Shown here in pieces: positions 1 to 11,395 of a stretch of DNA of 64,000 nt. How positions within the stretch are numbered: position 1 is the first letter of the stretch; the number at the start of each line of letters is the position of its first letter. The notes under the pieces were generated by a model. It saw only the letters and a program-made list of their open reading frames with translations, had not been told where the DNA came from and made no database searches. This stretch comes from Squalus acanthias (taxonomy: Eukaryota), in the NCBI GenBank assembly GCA_030390025.1, contig CM059431.1:102736001-102800000 (forward strand), given 5' to 3'. A program made the position numbers and the translations under genes.

Positions 1-1235
1 AATATTAACAGTTTTATCTGGAGTCGACTTTGGTATGCTCATAAGTGCAAATATCCTTGAAAGTGCATAAAGGTTTATTTATGTCTCCACACAAGTATAG
101 AAATTATTTTTCTCTCGCAACCAGTACTGTAAAGTGTTTTGACATCTACTTTTTTTTTTTAAAAAGACACTTTGGCAGCAAAGTAATAAGCACAGTAAAT
201 TATTTTTAGAGTCACAATACAGCATTTGGAACAAGGTCAAAACTTTTATTTGGAAGTTTTAAAAAATATCTTTCAATTTTTTTTTTACTGCACTCAATGT
301 TTGATTAATCTACAGCCAGGAGTGGAAAAATCTGCTTTTACATTGCTGACTAAAGACCATTAAAATAAAGATTCATAGCCTGTTAGACTTTGCTGCTTCT
401 GATCTCAATCGCTGCAAGGAACTGGGGAAAATATTGCACATTCGGAATACTGATGGTGGATTCAAACATTATTTTCCCCACTGCCTCCTGAACATTTTTT
501 CGCCTCCTGAACATTTTTTCACCTCCTCAATTTAATCCCCAGGCAGCCAGATAACTCTTGCATTTGAGAGCAGAGCATTTGATCGCCTGCATAATCCCTA
601 CCACCATGTGCATCATTGGATATTTCTGCCAGGATGTGGTCTAGACAATTCCATCAAAACTGGCAAACATAGAAAGTTAGAATCTAAATGTTAGTTGCAA
701 CTGGAGTCCAAAGCTCCAATGTTGCAACTCCTGGCTTAAACTAGCCTAAGAGTTTAAATTCATTTTCACTTTTGCAAATTTCCTCTTCACATATCTTACC
801 TTCATGGCTTGCAAACAAAATAATACAAGTTTGCAACTTTAATTAATGTATGTAATTAATTGAGCATAAAAAAGTTTCCAAAAGACCGGAGGAGGTGGAC
901 CTGTGTGGGAGCGGCAGCGGGACCTGAGAGAAGGCGGAGCGGCCATAAAAGAGCGCTGCAGAGGAGGCCCGACACCGGAGTGCTGCGAGTTGGGAAAGAG
1001 TCCGAGAGCGGGAGCAGTCAAACAACAACAACTGCAAAACCGCATAAGTGACGTCACAACCAGGGAAGGAGCTGATTGGTAAATAGGACCTGGTGAGTAT
1101 TTCTACAGTCCAGTCGTTGAAGTAAAAGTAAGGTTTCTAGTTTAGAGTAAGTAGTGTTTAAAGGGAAGCAATGTCCCTAGTGTATTTAATATTCTTTAAT
1201 TTAAAGGAAGTAAAGGGATTAATTAAGGGTAGGAC

Positions 1236-2180
1236 ATGGCAGGGCAGCTCGGCAGCGTGGAATGCTCCTCCTGTGCTATGTGGGAAGTCAGGGACACTTT
1301 CGGTGTCCACATGTGCGAACACATGTGCAAGAAGTGTCTCCAGCTGCAGCTACTCGAAATCCACGTTTCGGCGCTGGAGCTGCGGCTGGAGTCACTGTGG
1401 AGCATCTGCGAAGCTGAGATCTTCATGGATAGCACGTTTAACAAGGTGGTCACACCGCAGGTAAAGAGCGCACAGGCAGACAAGGAATGGGTGACCGCAA
1501 GACAGAGTAAAAGAACTAGGAAGGTAGTGCAGGAGTCCCCTGGGTCCATCTCCCTCTCCAACAGATTTTCCGTTTTGGATACTGCTGGGGGAGATGGTTT
1601 CTCAGGGGAATGCAGCAAGAGCCAAGTCCGTGGCACTACAAGTGGCTCAGCTGCACAGGAGGGGAGGAAAAAGAATGGGAGAGCAATAGTGATAGGGGAT
1701 TCTACTGTAAGGGGAACAGATAGACGTTTCTGTGGCCGCAGATGTGACTCCAGGATGGTATGTCACCTCCCTGGTGCCAGGATCAAGGATGTCACTGAAC
1801 GGCTGCAGGACATTCTGAAGGGGGAGGGCGAACAGTCAGAGGTTGTGGTTCACATTGGTACCAACGACATAGGTAGAAAGAGGGATGAAGTCCTGCAACA
1901 AGAATTTAGGGAGCTAGGTAGCAGATTAAAAAGCAGGACCTCAAAGGTTGTAATCTCTGGATTACTCCCGGTGCCACGTGCTAGTGAGTATAGGAATAGG
2001 AGGATAGAGCAGATGAATGCGTGGCTAAAGAGTTGGTGCAGGAGGGAGGGCTTTAGTTTCCTGGATCACTGGGTCTGCTTCTGGGGAAGGTGGGACCTGT
2101 ACAAGTTAGACGGGTTGCCCCTGAACCAGAACGGGACCAACATCCTTGCGGGGAGGTTTGCTAGTACTGTTGGGGTTTAA
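1236..2180 (+). CDS. CR1 ORF1p (zinc-finger/coiled-coil plus SGNH esterase domain), open 314 aa
   Basis: CxxC...CxxC N-terminus, Leu-rich heptads, esterase blocks IVIGDS, LPGA and HIGTND; the final block reads DGLPLN instead of DGLHLN. Confidence 0.9.
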   Translation: MAGQLGSVECSSCAMWEVRDTFGVHMCEHMCKKCLQLQLLEIHVSALELRLESLWSICEAEIFMDSTFNKVVTPQVKSAQADKEWVTARQSKRTRKVVQESPGSISLSNRFSVLDTAGGDGFSGECSKSQVRGTTSGSAAQEGRKKNGRAIVIGDSTVRGTDRRFCGRRCDSRMVCHLPGARIKDVTERLQDILKGEGEQSEVVVHIGTNDIGRKRDEVLQQEFRELGSRLKSRTSKVVISGLLPVPRASEYRNRRIEQMNAWLKSWCRREGFSFLDHWVCFWGRWDLYKLDGLPLNQNGTNILAGRFASTVGV

Positions 2181-2304
2181 ACTAACTTGGCAGGGGGATG
2201 GGATACGGAGTGGAGCTATAGTAAGGGGTGATGCACAGCCAAATATAGAGGAAAAAACAAGTCAGCCTGGAAGGCAGAGCAAATATGTAATGGCACAAGG
2301 GAGT

Positions 2305-5127
2305 ATGGCAAGGCTGGGTGGCATTTATTTTAATGCAAGGAGTCTTGGGAGTACGGCATTTATTTTAATGCAAGGAGTCTTGGGAGTAAGGCAGATGAAT
2401 TGAAGGTGTTGATGAACACATGGGAGTATGATATTGTTGCTATCACAGAGACATGGTTGAGGGAGGGGCAGGACTGGCAGCTCAATATTCCGGGGTATAG
2501 AATCTTCAGGCGAGACAGAGGGGGGTGTAAAAGAGGAGGGGGTGTCGCAATATTAATCAAGGAGTCAATTACTGCTGTAAGGAGGGATGATATCTTAGCA
2601 GGTTCCTCTAATGAGGCCATATGGGTAGAACTTAAAAACAAAAAAGGAAGGCAAGCGCTTTGCTGGGAGTGTACTATAGGCCCCCAAACAGTCAAGGGGA
2701 GATAGAGGAACAGATATGTCGGCAAATCTCAGAGAAGTGTAGAAATAATAGGGTAATAATAGTAGGGGATTTCAACTTCCCCAATATTAACTGGGATAGT
2801 CAGAGTGTGAAAGGCTTAGAGGGTGCAGAATTCTTAAAGTGCATCCAGGAGAGCTTTTTGAGCCAACATGTAGAAAGTCCTACAAGAGAGGGGGCGGTAC
2901 TGGACTTAATTCTAGGGAATGTAGCCGGGCAAGGGGTAGAAGTGTCAGTAGGAGAGCATTTTGGTGACAGTGACCATAATTCGGTGAGATTTAAGGTAGT
3001 CATGGAAAAGGACAAAGATGGACCGAAAATAAAGGTTCTAAATTGGGGGAAGGCCGACTTTAATATGATAAGGCAGGATCTGGCCAAAGTGGATTGGGAT
3101 AAGCTACTTGTAGAAAAATCCACATCAGAGCAGTGGGAGTCTTTCAGAAAGGAAATAGAGAGAGTACAACGCCAACATGTTCCCGTAAAGGTCAAGGATG
3201 GGACCAACAAGCCCAGGGAATCCTGGATGTCAAGGGATATACAAGAATGGATTAGGAAAAAAAGGGAGGCTTTTGGCAGATACAAAGGACTAAAAACAGT
3301 GGAAACCCTAGAGGAGTATAGAAAGTTCAGGGGGGTACTTAAAAAAGAAATTAGGAGAGCGAAGAGGGGGCATGAAAAAACACTGGCGGGTAAAATAAAG
3401 GAAAATCCCATGGTGTTTTATAGGTATATTAAGGGCACGAGGATAACCAGGGAAAGAGTAAGGCCCATTAGGGACCAAAGTGGCAATCTGTGTGTAGAGC
3501 CAGAAGATGTGGGTGAGGTTTTAAATGAATATTTTGCATCTGTGTTCACTATGGAGAAGGACGATGTAGGCATAGAAATCATGCAGGGGCATTGTGATAT
3601 ACTTGAACAAATTAGTTTTGAGAGGGAGGTGGTACTAGCGGTTTTAGCGGGCTTAAAAAGTGGATAAATCCCCAGGCCCAGACGAGATGTATCCCAGGCT
3701 GCTGTGTGAGGCAAGGGAGGAGATTGCAGGGGCTCTGACACAAATTTTCAGAACCTCTCTGGCCACAGGGGAGGTGCCAGAGGACTGGAGGACAGCTAAT
3801 GTAGTACCATTATTCAAGAAGGGTAGTAGGGATAAACCAGGGAATTACAGGCCAGTGAGCCTAACATCAGTGGTAGGAAAATTATTGGAAAAAATTCTGA
3901 GGGACAGAATTAGTCTCCACTTGGAGAGGCAAGGATTAATCAAGGATAGTCAGCATGGCTTTGTCAGGGGGAGATCATGTGTAACCAATTTGATTGAATT
4001 TTGAGGGGGTGACTAGGTTTGTGGATGAAGGTAGTGCAGTTGATGTAGTCTACATGGACTTCAGTAAAGCTTTTGACAAAGTCCCGCATGGGAGACTGGT
4101 CAAGACGGTAAGAGCCCATGGGACCCAGGGCAATTTGGCACATTGATCCAAAATTGGCTTAGTGGCAGGAGGCAGAGGGTGATGGTCAAAAGGTTGTTTT
4201 TGTGACTGGAAGCCTGTGTCCAGTGGTGTACCGCAGGGATCGGCGCTGGGTCCTTTGCTGTTTGTAGTGTACATTAATGATTTAGATATGAATGTAGGAG
4301 GTATGATCAGTAAGTTCACAGATGACACGAAAATTGGTGGAGTGGTAAATAGCGAGGAGGGAAGCCTCAGGCTACAGGACGATATAGACGGGTTGGTCAG
4401 ATGGGCAGAACAGTGGCAAATGGAATTTAACCCTGAAAAGTGTGAGGTGATGCATTTTGGGAGGACTAACAAGGCAAGGGAATACACAATGAATGGTAGG
4501 ACCCTAGGAAGGACAGAGGAACCTTGGTGTGCATGTACATAGATCCCTGAAGGCAGCAGGACAGGTAGATAAGGTGGTTAAAAAGGCATATGGGATACTT
4601 GCCTTCATTAGCCGAGGCATAGAACATAAGAGCAGGGAGGTTATGATGGAGTTGTACAAAACGCTAGTTAGGCCACAGCTGGAATACTGTGTGCAGTTCC
4701 GGTTGCCACACTATAGGAAGGATGTGATTGCATTGGAGAGGGTGCAGAGGAGATTCACCAGGATGTTACCTGGGCTGGAGCGCTTCAGCTATGAAGAGAG
4801 ACTGGACAGGCTGGGGTTGTTTTCCTTAGAGCACAGATTGAGGTGTACAAAATTATGAGGGGCACAGATAGGGTAGATAGAAAGGAACTTTTCCCCTTAG
4901 TAGAGGGGTCAATAACCAGGGGGCATAGTTTCAAGGTAAGGGGCAGGAGGTTTAGAGGGGATTTGAGGAAAAACTTTTTCATCCAGAGGGTGGTTGGAAT
5001 CTGGAACTCACTGCCTGAAAGGGTGGTAGAGGCAGGAACCCCCTCAACATTCAAGAAGCATTTAGATGAGCACTTGAAACGCCATAGCATACAAGGCTAC
5101 AGACCAAGTGCTGAAAAATGGGATTAG
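2305..5127 (+). pseudogene. CR1 ORF2 (APE endonuclease plus reverse transcriptase), multiply frameshifted
   Basis: Motifs YFNARS, ITETW, YRPPN, GDFNFP, DLIL, SDH, KSPGPD, NYRPVSLTS, QHGF, GVPQGS, YINDL and FTDD are spread over several frames. Confidence 0.93.
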
Positions 5128-5199
5128 AATAGATAGGGCTTGATGGCTGGCGCGGACACGATGGGCCGAAGGGCCTCTTTCTGTGCTGTATAACTCTAT

Positions 5200-6067
5200 G
5201 GGGGAAAAATTCAGTTGGTTGCGCCTCCCATTAGCGCCTTAAGAGGGTGCAAAGCAACTAGTGCCCGGGCGCGGCGATGTTTGCGCCGCTCGCGAAATTA
5301 ACTAGACATTTTGCGACGGCGCTAAACACTACCGCTACGATCTCCTGCGCCGGCAGATCGTGACGTCAGTCAAGTGCGCAACACTCCGGAGCGGATATTG
5401 AGTGGTGCCCCCTGCCTTACTGCCTGCCACTAGCAACGACAGGTTGAGGGGAGCGTTTTGCAGTCAGGAAGGGACTGGGGGAGCGCTATTTAAAGGCGAC
5501 CGCTTCCTGCCTTTTTTTGTTGGTGACATTTTTGAACCACGCATTCTGAGAGAGACACACACACTTCTGGAGAGATTCAACGCTGTGTGAAGGAGTTTCG
5601 GGTACTGAGCAGCACTTTGCAGGTTAATTTTGATTTGCCCTTCCTTGTATCGATTTAGAAGAGACTGTGGGGGTTGCACTCTGAGCTCTTACCCTGGTTC
5701 TCTCCATTGTTCTTTCCAGCAGATTTGATGTACAGGTCTCTCCAGGCTGAGATGCAAGGCTGCAATGAGCAGGATGTGGATGGAAAGCAAGATCAACCCT
5801 CCCCTTTAAGAACTGGCCGGTGCCATTGTGTCTGTCTGTGTTCCATTGCTGACTGACATCACATGAGCTGCGCCAGCGCTCTGAGTTAGCGCCTCGCTCC
5901 TCAGCCTTTGTGCCTGAAGACAGATGTGTAGCGCCTGATTTAGCGCTCCAATCACCTCCAGGGGCAGTAAAAGTTTGCAGTCGGAGGCGATAATTAGCGC
6001 TAGGCGCTAATCTTTGCGCCCAGCCGATAATTGCGCCCCAAATGGGGCGATACTGAATTTCTCCCCC
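5200..6067. mobile_element. Non-autonomous PIF/Harbinger-type DNA transposon (MITE 1)
   Basis: 16-bp TIR GGGGGAAAAATTCAGT / ACTGAATTTCTCCCCC (15/16 match), 3-bp TSD TAT (5197-5199, 6068-6070), and many subterminal GCGCC/AGCGC repeats. Confidence 0.85.
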
Positions 6068-7199
6068 TATGACTCTAAAATAGGTGCATATTAATGAAAA
6101 TAATTTATTACCTCATTAGTTCATACAGACTTAAACTGATTATCTGTGCAGCACTCAGGTCAGTCTAGAAGTAAATTGCGAGGAGAGGGAGAAAAACAAG
6201 GAATCAACGTAATGCAACCAAGTGCTGCAACACATCAGTGCCACCACTTACCTGCTACCAAGTGTTAACTAGGTCAACTCTGAAGATATGAAAGTACGAC
6301 AGACTATCAATGGCATTCCCTGTTGTTCTAACTTCCTGTGACTCAAAGCATCAGAGGCACCATTACATACGCAAATGGACATACATGATGTGTGCATATG
6401 AGAATCTGTGCAGTGGTAATACTTCAAAGAGGGAAGTGCATCAAACATGGCATTAGAACCACGAAAGGTAAAGTGAGCTGCTGGCTTCATAGTACAAATT
6501 AAGCACCACAACGGCATTGGAAATAATGCAGAGCTCACCAGAATGATGTTCATGACCCCAATATTTGAACAGCAAGACTTAATTCATTTTCATATTATTT
6601 GTATTCCTGCACTCGCTATGCTTAGAACCTAAGTGAGATTACACAATTGGAGCCAAAAAAAATGCAACATTTTCTTCATCCAATTAGGCAGGCAGCAAAG
6701 GAAGCTTGGAGCTTTATCTCAAATTGAATAAAAAGCTTTAATGAACTATTGTACATTTCTAAGGTTATAATGGACAAGGGCAGACTTCCAGACCTGTATA
6801 ATCACTGGGGTCGACATCTTATTAGAAGAGGCTATCCCTGTTGCTCTTCAATTTTAGAACTGTATGCAAATCATTCTGATCATAACAATAGCAATAAAAA
6901 TTAAGTATAGAGCAGCTAGTGAGGAAGGGTTCCCTCACTGTGCCAGTAACACAGTAGCTCCAGTCTAATAAAAGGAACTGACAACATCCCAGAATCAAAC
7001 AATCGTTATTTTCATCACTTACTACATACCTAGCTGGGGAGATTTTGAGGCAGTCAGAATGCTTGGGCTAACTTTCAGAATACTTACTCACATTTTGAAG
7101 TCAATTCTTTTACAAAATATAGCTATACTTCCTACCTATACTATTGTCAAACACCTGTTAGACCAGTTGCAAAGCAATGCTGATGGGGTCTATTTGAGA

Positions 7200-7456
7200 A
7201 AATAATGGGACTTAGGATATATAAATCTCCAGGACCGGATGGTTTCCACCCCAGGGTAATAAAAAGTGAGCAAATTGCAGAAGTGCTAGTCATAATCTTT
7301 CAAAGCTCTCTTGATTTGGAAATTGTGCCATTAGATTGGAAATTTGCTAATGTCACTCCACTGTTTAAGGGTGGGAATTAAGGTGCAGATCAGCTATGAT
7401 CTAACTAAATGGCAGAGCAGGCTTGATGGGCTGAATGGCCTACCCCTGTTCCTATG
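7200..7456 (+). mobile_element. Degraded CR1 fragments (RT-upstream segment plus 3' tail)
   Basis: Remnant KSPGPDG...DWKFANVTPLFK coding sequence followed by a gggctgaatggcctacccctgttcctatg tail. Confidence 0.7.
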
Positions 7457-8518
7457 AGCAATTCACTTCCGGTGTTCTGAAGATGAACATTCAGATGGAA
7501 GAAAATGTACACATTTAGGACCCAGACCTATCTCAAGATGATTAATCTCCAATTTCGATCTTTATTATCCAGTATGAAACTTCTGTTCGCTGATAATACG
7601 GTATAGACGGTTATAAGTGTCTTTAGGAGCATCGTCTATTGTGCTTTCTAACTGTTCTCCAATAGTGAGGATGCCACAAAATAAACTTGAGAATATCCAT
7701 CTAGTATCTAATATTGCGATATACAAGCCTTGCAAAGGGAATCTACTGTATTCCCTGCTTCCAATCTCTTCCCCGTCACTCTTAAAGGTGCTGACTCATT
7801 CTGGATGCTGCTCTATTCAACATGACAAAACAAAAGCATATAGGTTATACCATCATTTATAAAGTCACTATTATCCTCTATTTTCTCGGTTCTTTTTCAA
7901 TAATTCTGCCTGATATTACCAGTTTAACTCCAGGATTTGAAGACGGGGAAAGACAGGACAAAAAACTCAGCTGAATTTTTCACATCTTTCCAGCTTTTAA
8001 AAAAAAACATCTGTTTCTAGTCCATTCAATCCGTTAGTTGCTTTTTTGCAATAGTTAGCGTTTTTGGGGCCTTACCCTTTTGTTCCCCCCTCACCTCGGT
8101 CAGTTCTATAAGGGGGGGGGGGGGGTGGAAAGAGAGGGAAGAGAGACAGGTTGATGCTCGAGGTTGGAACACCATTCTGGAAGGGCAGCCTGCACCCTTG
8201 ACATTGCCTGCTTTTTTCTTCTTAGGTTCCTGGGCTGCTATAGCCGGTTCCACTTTGCCAGTTTTCCTGTTACTATTTCTACCTGCCTCAGTTATTAACG
8301 TCTTCTGTCTCTCAAATTTCTTTAATTTCTCTCATTATGCTTCTTATTGCCTCATGCCAATATCATTTCAGTCATCTGACCATTTTTTTAAATATTTAAG
8401 TACTTTACAAGACTTTCTATTTCTTCTTTCGTGTGTGCATGGATGCACGTGTGCGTTTTCTCTCCCTTTCTCTTTGTTCTGTTCCTTTTTAAATGCTGTT
8501 CATCTTCAATTATCTTCT

Positions 8519-8940
8519 AGTTGGCTCCCAGTTAAACAACGCCTCGATTTTAAAATTCTCATCCTTGTTTTCAAATCCCTTCATGGCCTCGCCCCTCCCT
8601 ATCTCTAATCTCCTCCAGCCCTACAACCCTCAGATCTCTGCGCTCCTCCAATTCTGGCCTCAACACCCCCCGAATTTCATCACCCCACCATTGGTGGTTG
8701 TGCCTTCTGTTGCCCAGGCCCTAAGCTCTGGAATTCCCTCCCTAAGCCTCTCCGCCTCTCTTTCCTGCTTTAAGACGCTCCTTAAAACCTACCTCTTTGA
8801 CCAAGCTTTTGGTCACCTGCCCTAATAAGAACGTAAGAAATCTCTCCTCATGTGGCTCAGTGTTTGACAACACTCCTGTGAAGCGCCTTGGGACGTTTTA
8901 CAAAGTTAAAGACACTATATAAATACAAGCTGTTGTTGTT
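8519..8940 (+). mobile_element. L2-clade LINE 3' fragment
   Basis: Encodes [28 protein letters not shown]...FKTLLKTYLFDQAF and ends in a (TTG)n tail. Confidence 0.8.
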
Positions 8941-9607
8941 CTGACAAAGGGTCTACACCTGCAATGTTCTATCCACACATGCTGACTGAACAGCAGGTTG
9001 TATTTTTGTTTCCTATAAAGGGGTCACCCGTCCTACTTTTCCAGAACTGAAAACGGGTCTCTGCCTAAATCGTAAATCCAGCTTTTCTCTTTTCAGGTAG
9101 TAACAGGCCTGTTGTGCATTTACAACATTTTCTGCTTTTATTTCAGATATCTAGCAACCAGCTTTTCTTTTCATCTCAGAAACACGAGTTCATTTGGTTT
9201 CTAGTACAATTGTACTACCATTTTTAATTACCAAATTTTAGTAAGCATGATCTTGTCCCAGAACACGCTCATAATACACCATCACTGATATATTTGTTTA
9301 ACAAATACGACTGCTGATATAACTTCTTTCTGACTGGTTTGGAGAAGCACCTTGTGTTTGATAATGCAATTTTTTTGTTTATATTCAAATGCTGTAATTG
9401 GAGAACAGTGTGGCAGTGACACATGCTAGCTGCCCCAACTAAACCTGCTTACTTCAATAGTAATTTAAAATTTTCCTCATTTTAACTGCTTCTGAATTGA
9501 AAGTATTTGACAGATGCCCACCCCCATTACCATGAAAACTTGTGTTACCCAATATACATTACAATATATACCTTTTTTAAGTCAATAGCAAAAATATTTA
9601 GCACAAT

Positions 9608-11395
9608 AGCAAAATACTGCGGATGCTGGAAATCCGAAATAACAGAAAACGCTGGAAAAACTCAGCAGGCCAGGCAGCATCCGTGGAGAGAGAAACAGAG
9701 TTAACGTTTCAGGTCAAAGACCCTTCGTCAGAACTGGAAAAAAGCAGGAAATGGAATAGATTTTAAAGCAGGTTTAGGGGTGGGGAAATGGGGGAGGGGA
9801 TGAAAGAACAAAAGGGAAGGTCAGTGATAGGATAGAAAGCAGGAGAGATTGAGAGACATTAAGAGATATTCAAGACAAGAGGAGGTGGTAATGTGACAGG
9901 TTGAGGAACAAAGGATGGCTCTAGATGAAGTGTGAAATGCGCTGGCAGAATGAAGGACAGCTGCCATGTGGGAGGGAAGAAAAAAAGGCCAAACAAAAAG
10001 TGTGGATAAAAAATTAAAAAAATATATGTGATAGGGGCCGAGGTTATGATCTGAAATTGTTGAACTATATATTGAGTCCAGAGGGCTGTAGAGTGCCTAA
10101 TCGAAAGATGAGGTGCTGTTCCTCGAGCTTACGCTGAGCTTCCGTGGAACAATGCAAGAGGCCGAGGACGGTGAGGTCTGAGTGGGAGTGAAGCAATGAA
10201 TTAAAGTGACAGGCCACTGGGAGCTCGGGGTCCCCCTTATGGACTGAACGGAGGTGTTCCGCAAAGCGGTCACCCAATCTGCGTTTGGTCTCCCCAATGT
10301 AGAGGAGACCACATCATGAGCAGCGAATACAGTATACTAAATTGCAGGAAGTACAAGTAAATCGCTGTTTCACCTGGAAGGGATGTTTGGGGCCCTGGAC
10401 AGTGGGAAGGGGGGAGGTAAAAGGGCATGTGTTGCATCTCCTGCGCTTGCACGGGAAGGTGCCGGGCAAAGGGGAAGAGGTGCTGGGGGTGGTAGAGGAG
10501 TGGACTAGGGTGTCGCGGAGGGAGCGGTCCCTGCGGAATGCTGAAAGGGGAGGGGAGGGGAAGATGCGTTTGGTGGTGGGATCACGCTGGAGGTGGCGGA
10601 AATGGCGGAGGATGATCCGTTGAATGTGGAGGCTGGTGGGGTGAAAGGTGAGGACAAGGGGAACTCTATCGTGGTTCCGGGAGGGAGGGGCAGGGGTGAG
10701 GGCAGAAGTGCGGGAGATAGAACGGACACAGTCGAGTGCCGTGTCAACCACCGTAGAGGGGAATCCTTGGTTGAGGAAAAAGGAAGACATGTCGGAAGCT
10801 CTGGTATGGAAGGTGGCATCGTCAGAGCAGATGCGGCAGAGACGGAGAAACTGGGAGAATAAAATAGAGTCCTTACAGGAGGCGGGGTGGGAGGAAGTGT
10901 AGTCCAGGTAGCTGTGGGAGTCAGTGGGCTTGTAGTGAATGTTTGTCAATAACCTATAGGTGGGAAGAGACTGGACAAGGGGAGAAAAAATAGAGTCGAG
11001 ATAGGAAGAGATAAGTTCCGTGGGGCAAGAACAGGCTGAAACGATGGGTCTACCAGGGCAGTCCTGTTTGTGGATCTTGGGAAGGAGGTAGAAGCGGGCT
11101 GTGCGGGGTTGGGGAACTATGAGGTTGGCGGCCGTGGGGGGAAGATCTCCAGAGGAGATGAGGTCAGTGACAGTCTTGGAAACGGTGGCTTGATGTTCGG
11201 TAGTGGGGTCATGGTCCAGGCGGAGGTAGGAGGTGGTGTCGGAGAGTTGGCGTTCAGCTTCCGCTAGGTAGAGGTCGGTTCGCCAAACAACAACAGCACC
11301 ACCCTTGTCAGCAGGTTTAATGACAATGTCGGGGTTGGATCTGAGAGAATGGAGTGCTGCAAGTTCAGAGGGAGGTAGGTTGGAGTGAGTGAGGG
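9608..11395 (-). mobile_element. Penelope-like retroelement, 5'-truncated and internally deleted (RT plus GIY-YIG)
   Basis: IVIKPADKGGAVVV, FYLLPKIHK, GRPIVS, YKPTDSHSYL, CxxxxCxxC, and VYCIRC...LYIGETKRRLGDRFAEH (GIY-YIG); terminal repeat at about 9608-9750. Confidence 0.92.
9699..9735 (-). ncRNA. Minimal hammerhead ribozyme motif in the Penelope terminal repeat
   Basis: Minus strand reads agtt-CTGACGA-a-gggtc ttt gacct-GAAA-cg-TT-aact, giving the core boxes, stem II, stem I (agtt/aact) and a loop-less palindromic stem III. Confidence 0.7.

Larger units (their letters stand above)
872..6075 (+). mobile_element. Near-full-length CR1-clade LINE (copy A), with a MITE inserted in its 3' tail
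   Basis: GC-rich 5'UTR, ORF1 (Cys-rich N-terminus plus SGNH esterase), frameshifted APE-RT ORF2 ending ...GKWD-like (AEKWD), and a CTATGA-type tail split by the 5200-6067 insertion. The 5' boundary is approximate; a TAAAA TSD is possible (867-871 / 6076-6080). Confidence 0.93.

Noticed and set aside
483..520. 19-bp direct duplication
   Set aside because: A simple local slippage duplication with no further structure.
6252..6292. Minus-strand exon candidates with good splice sites (also about 19940-20040 and 25155-25215)
   Set aside because: Stop codons in all three frames and no other support; they could only be non-coding.
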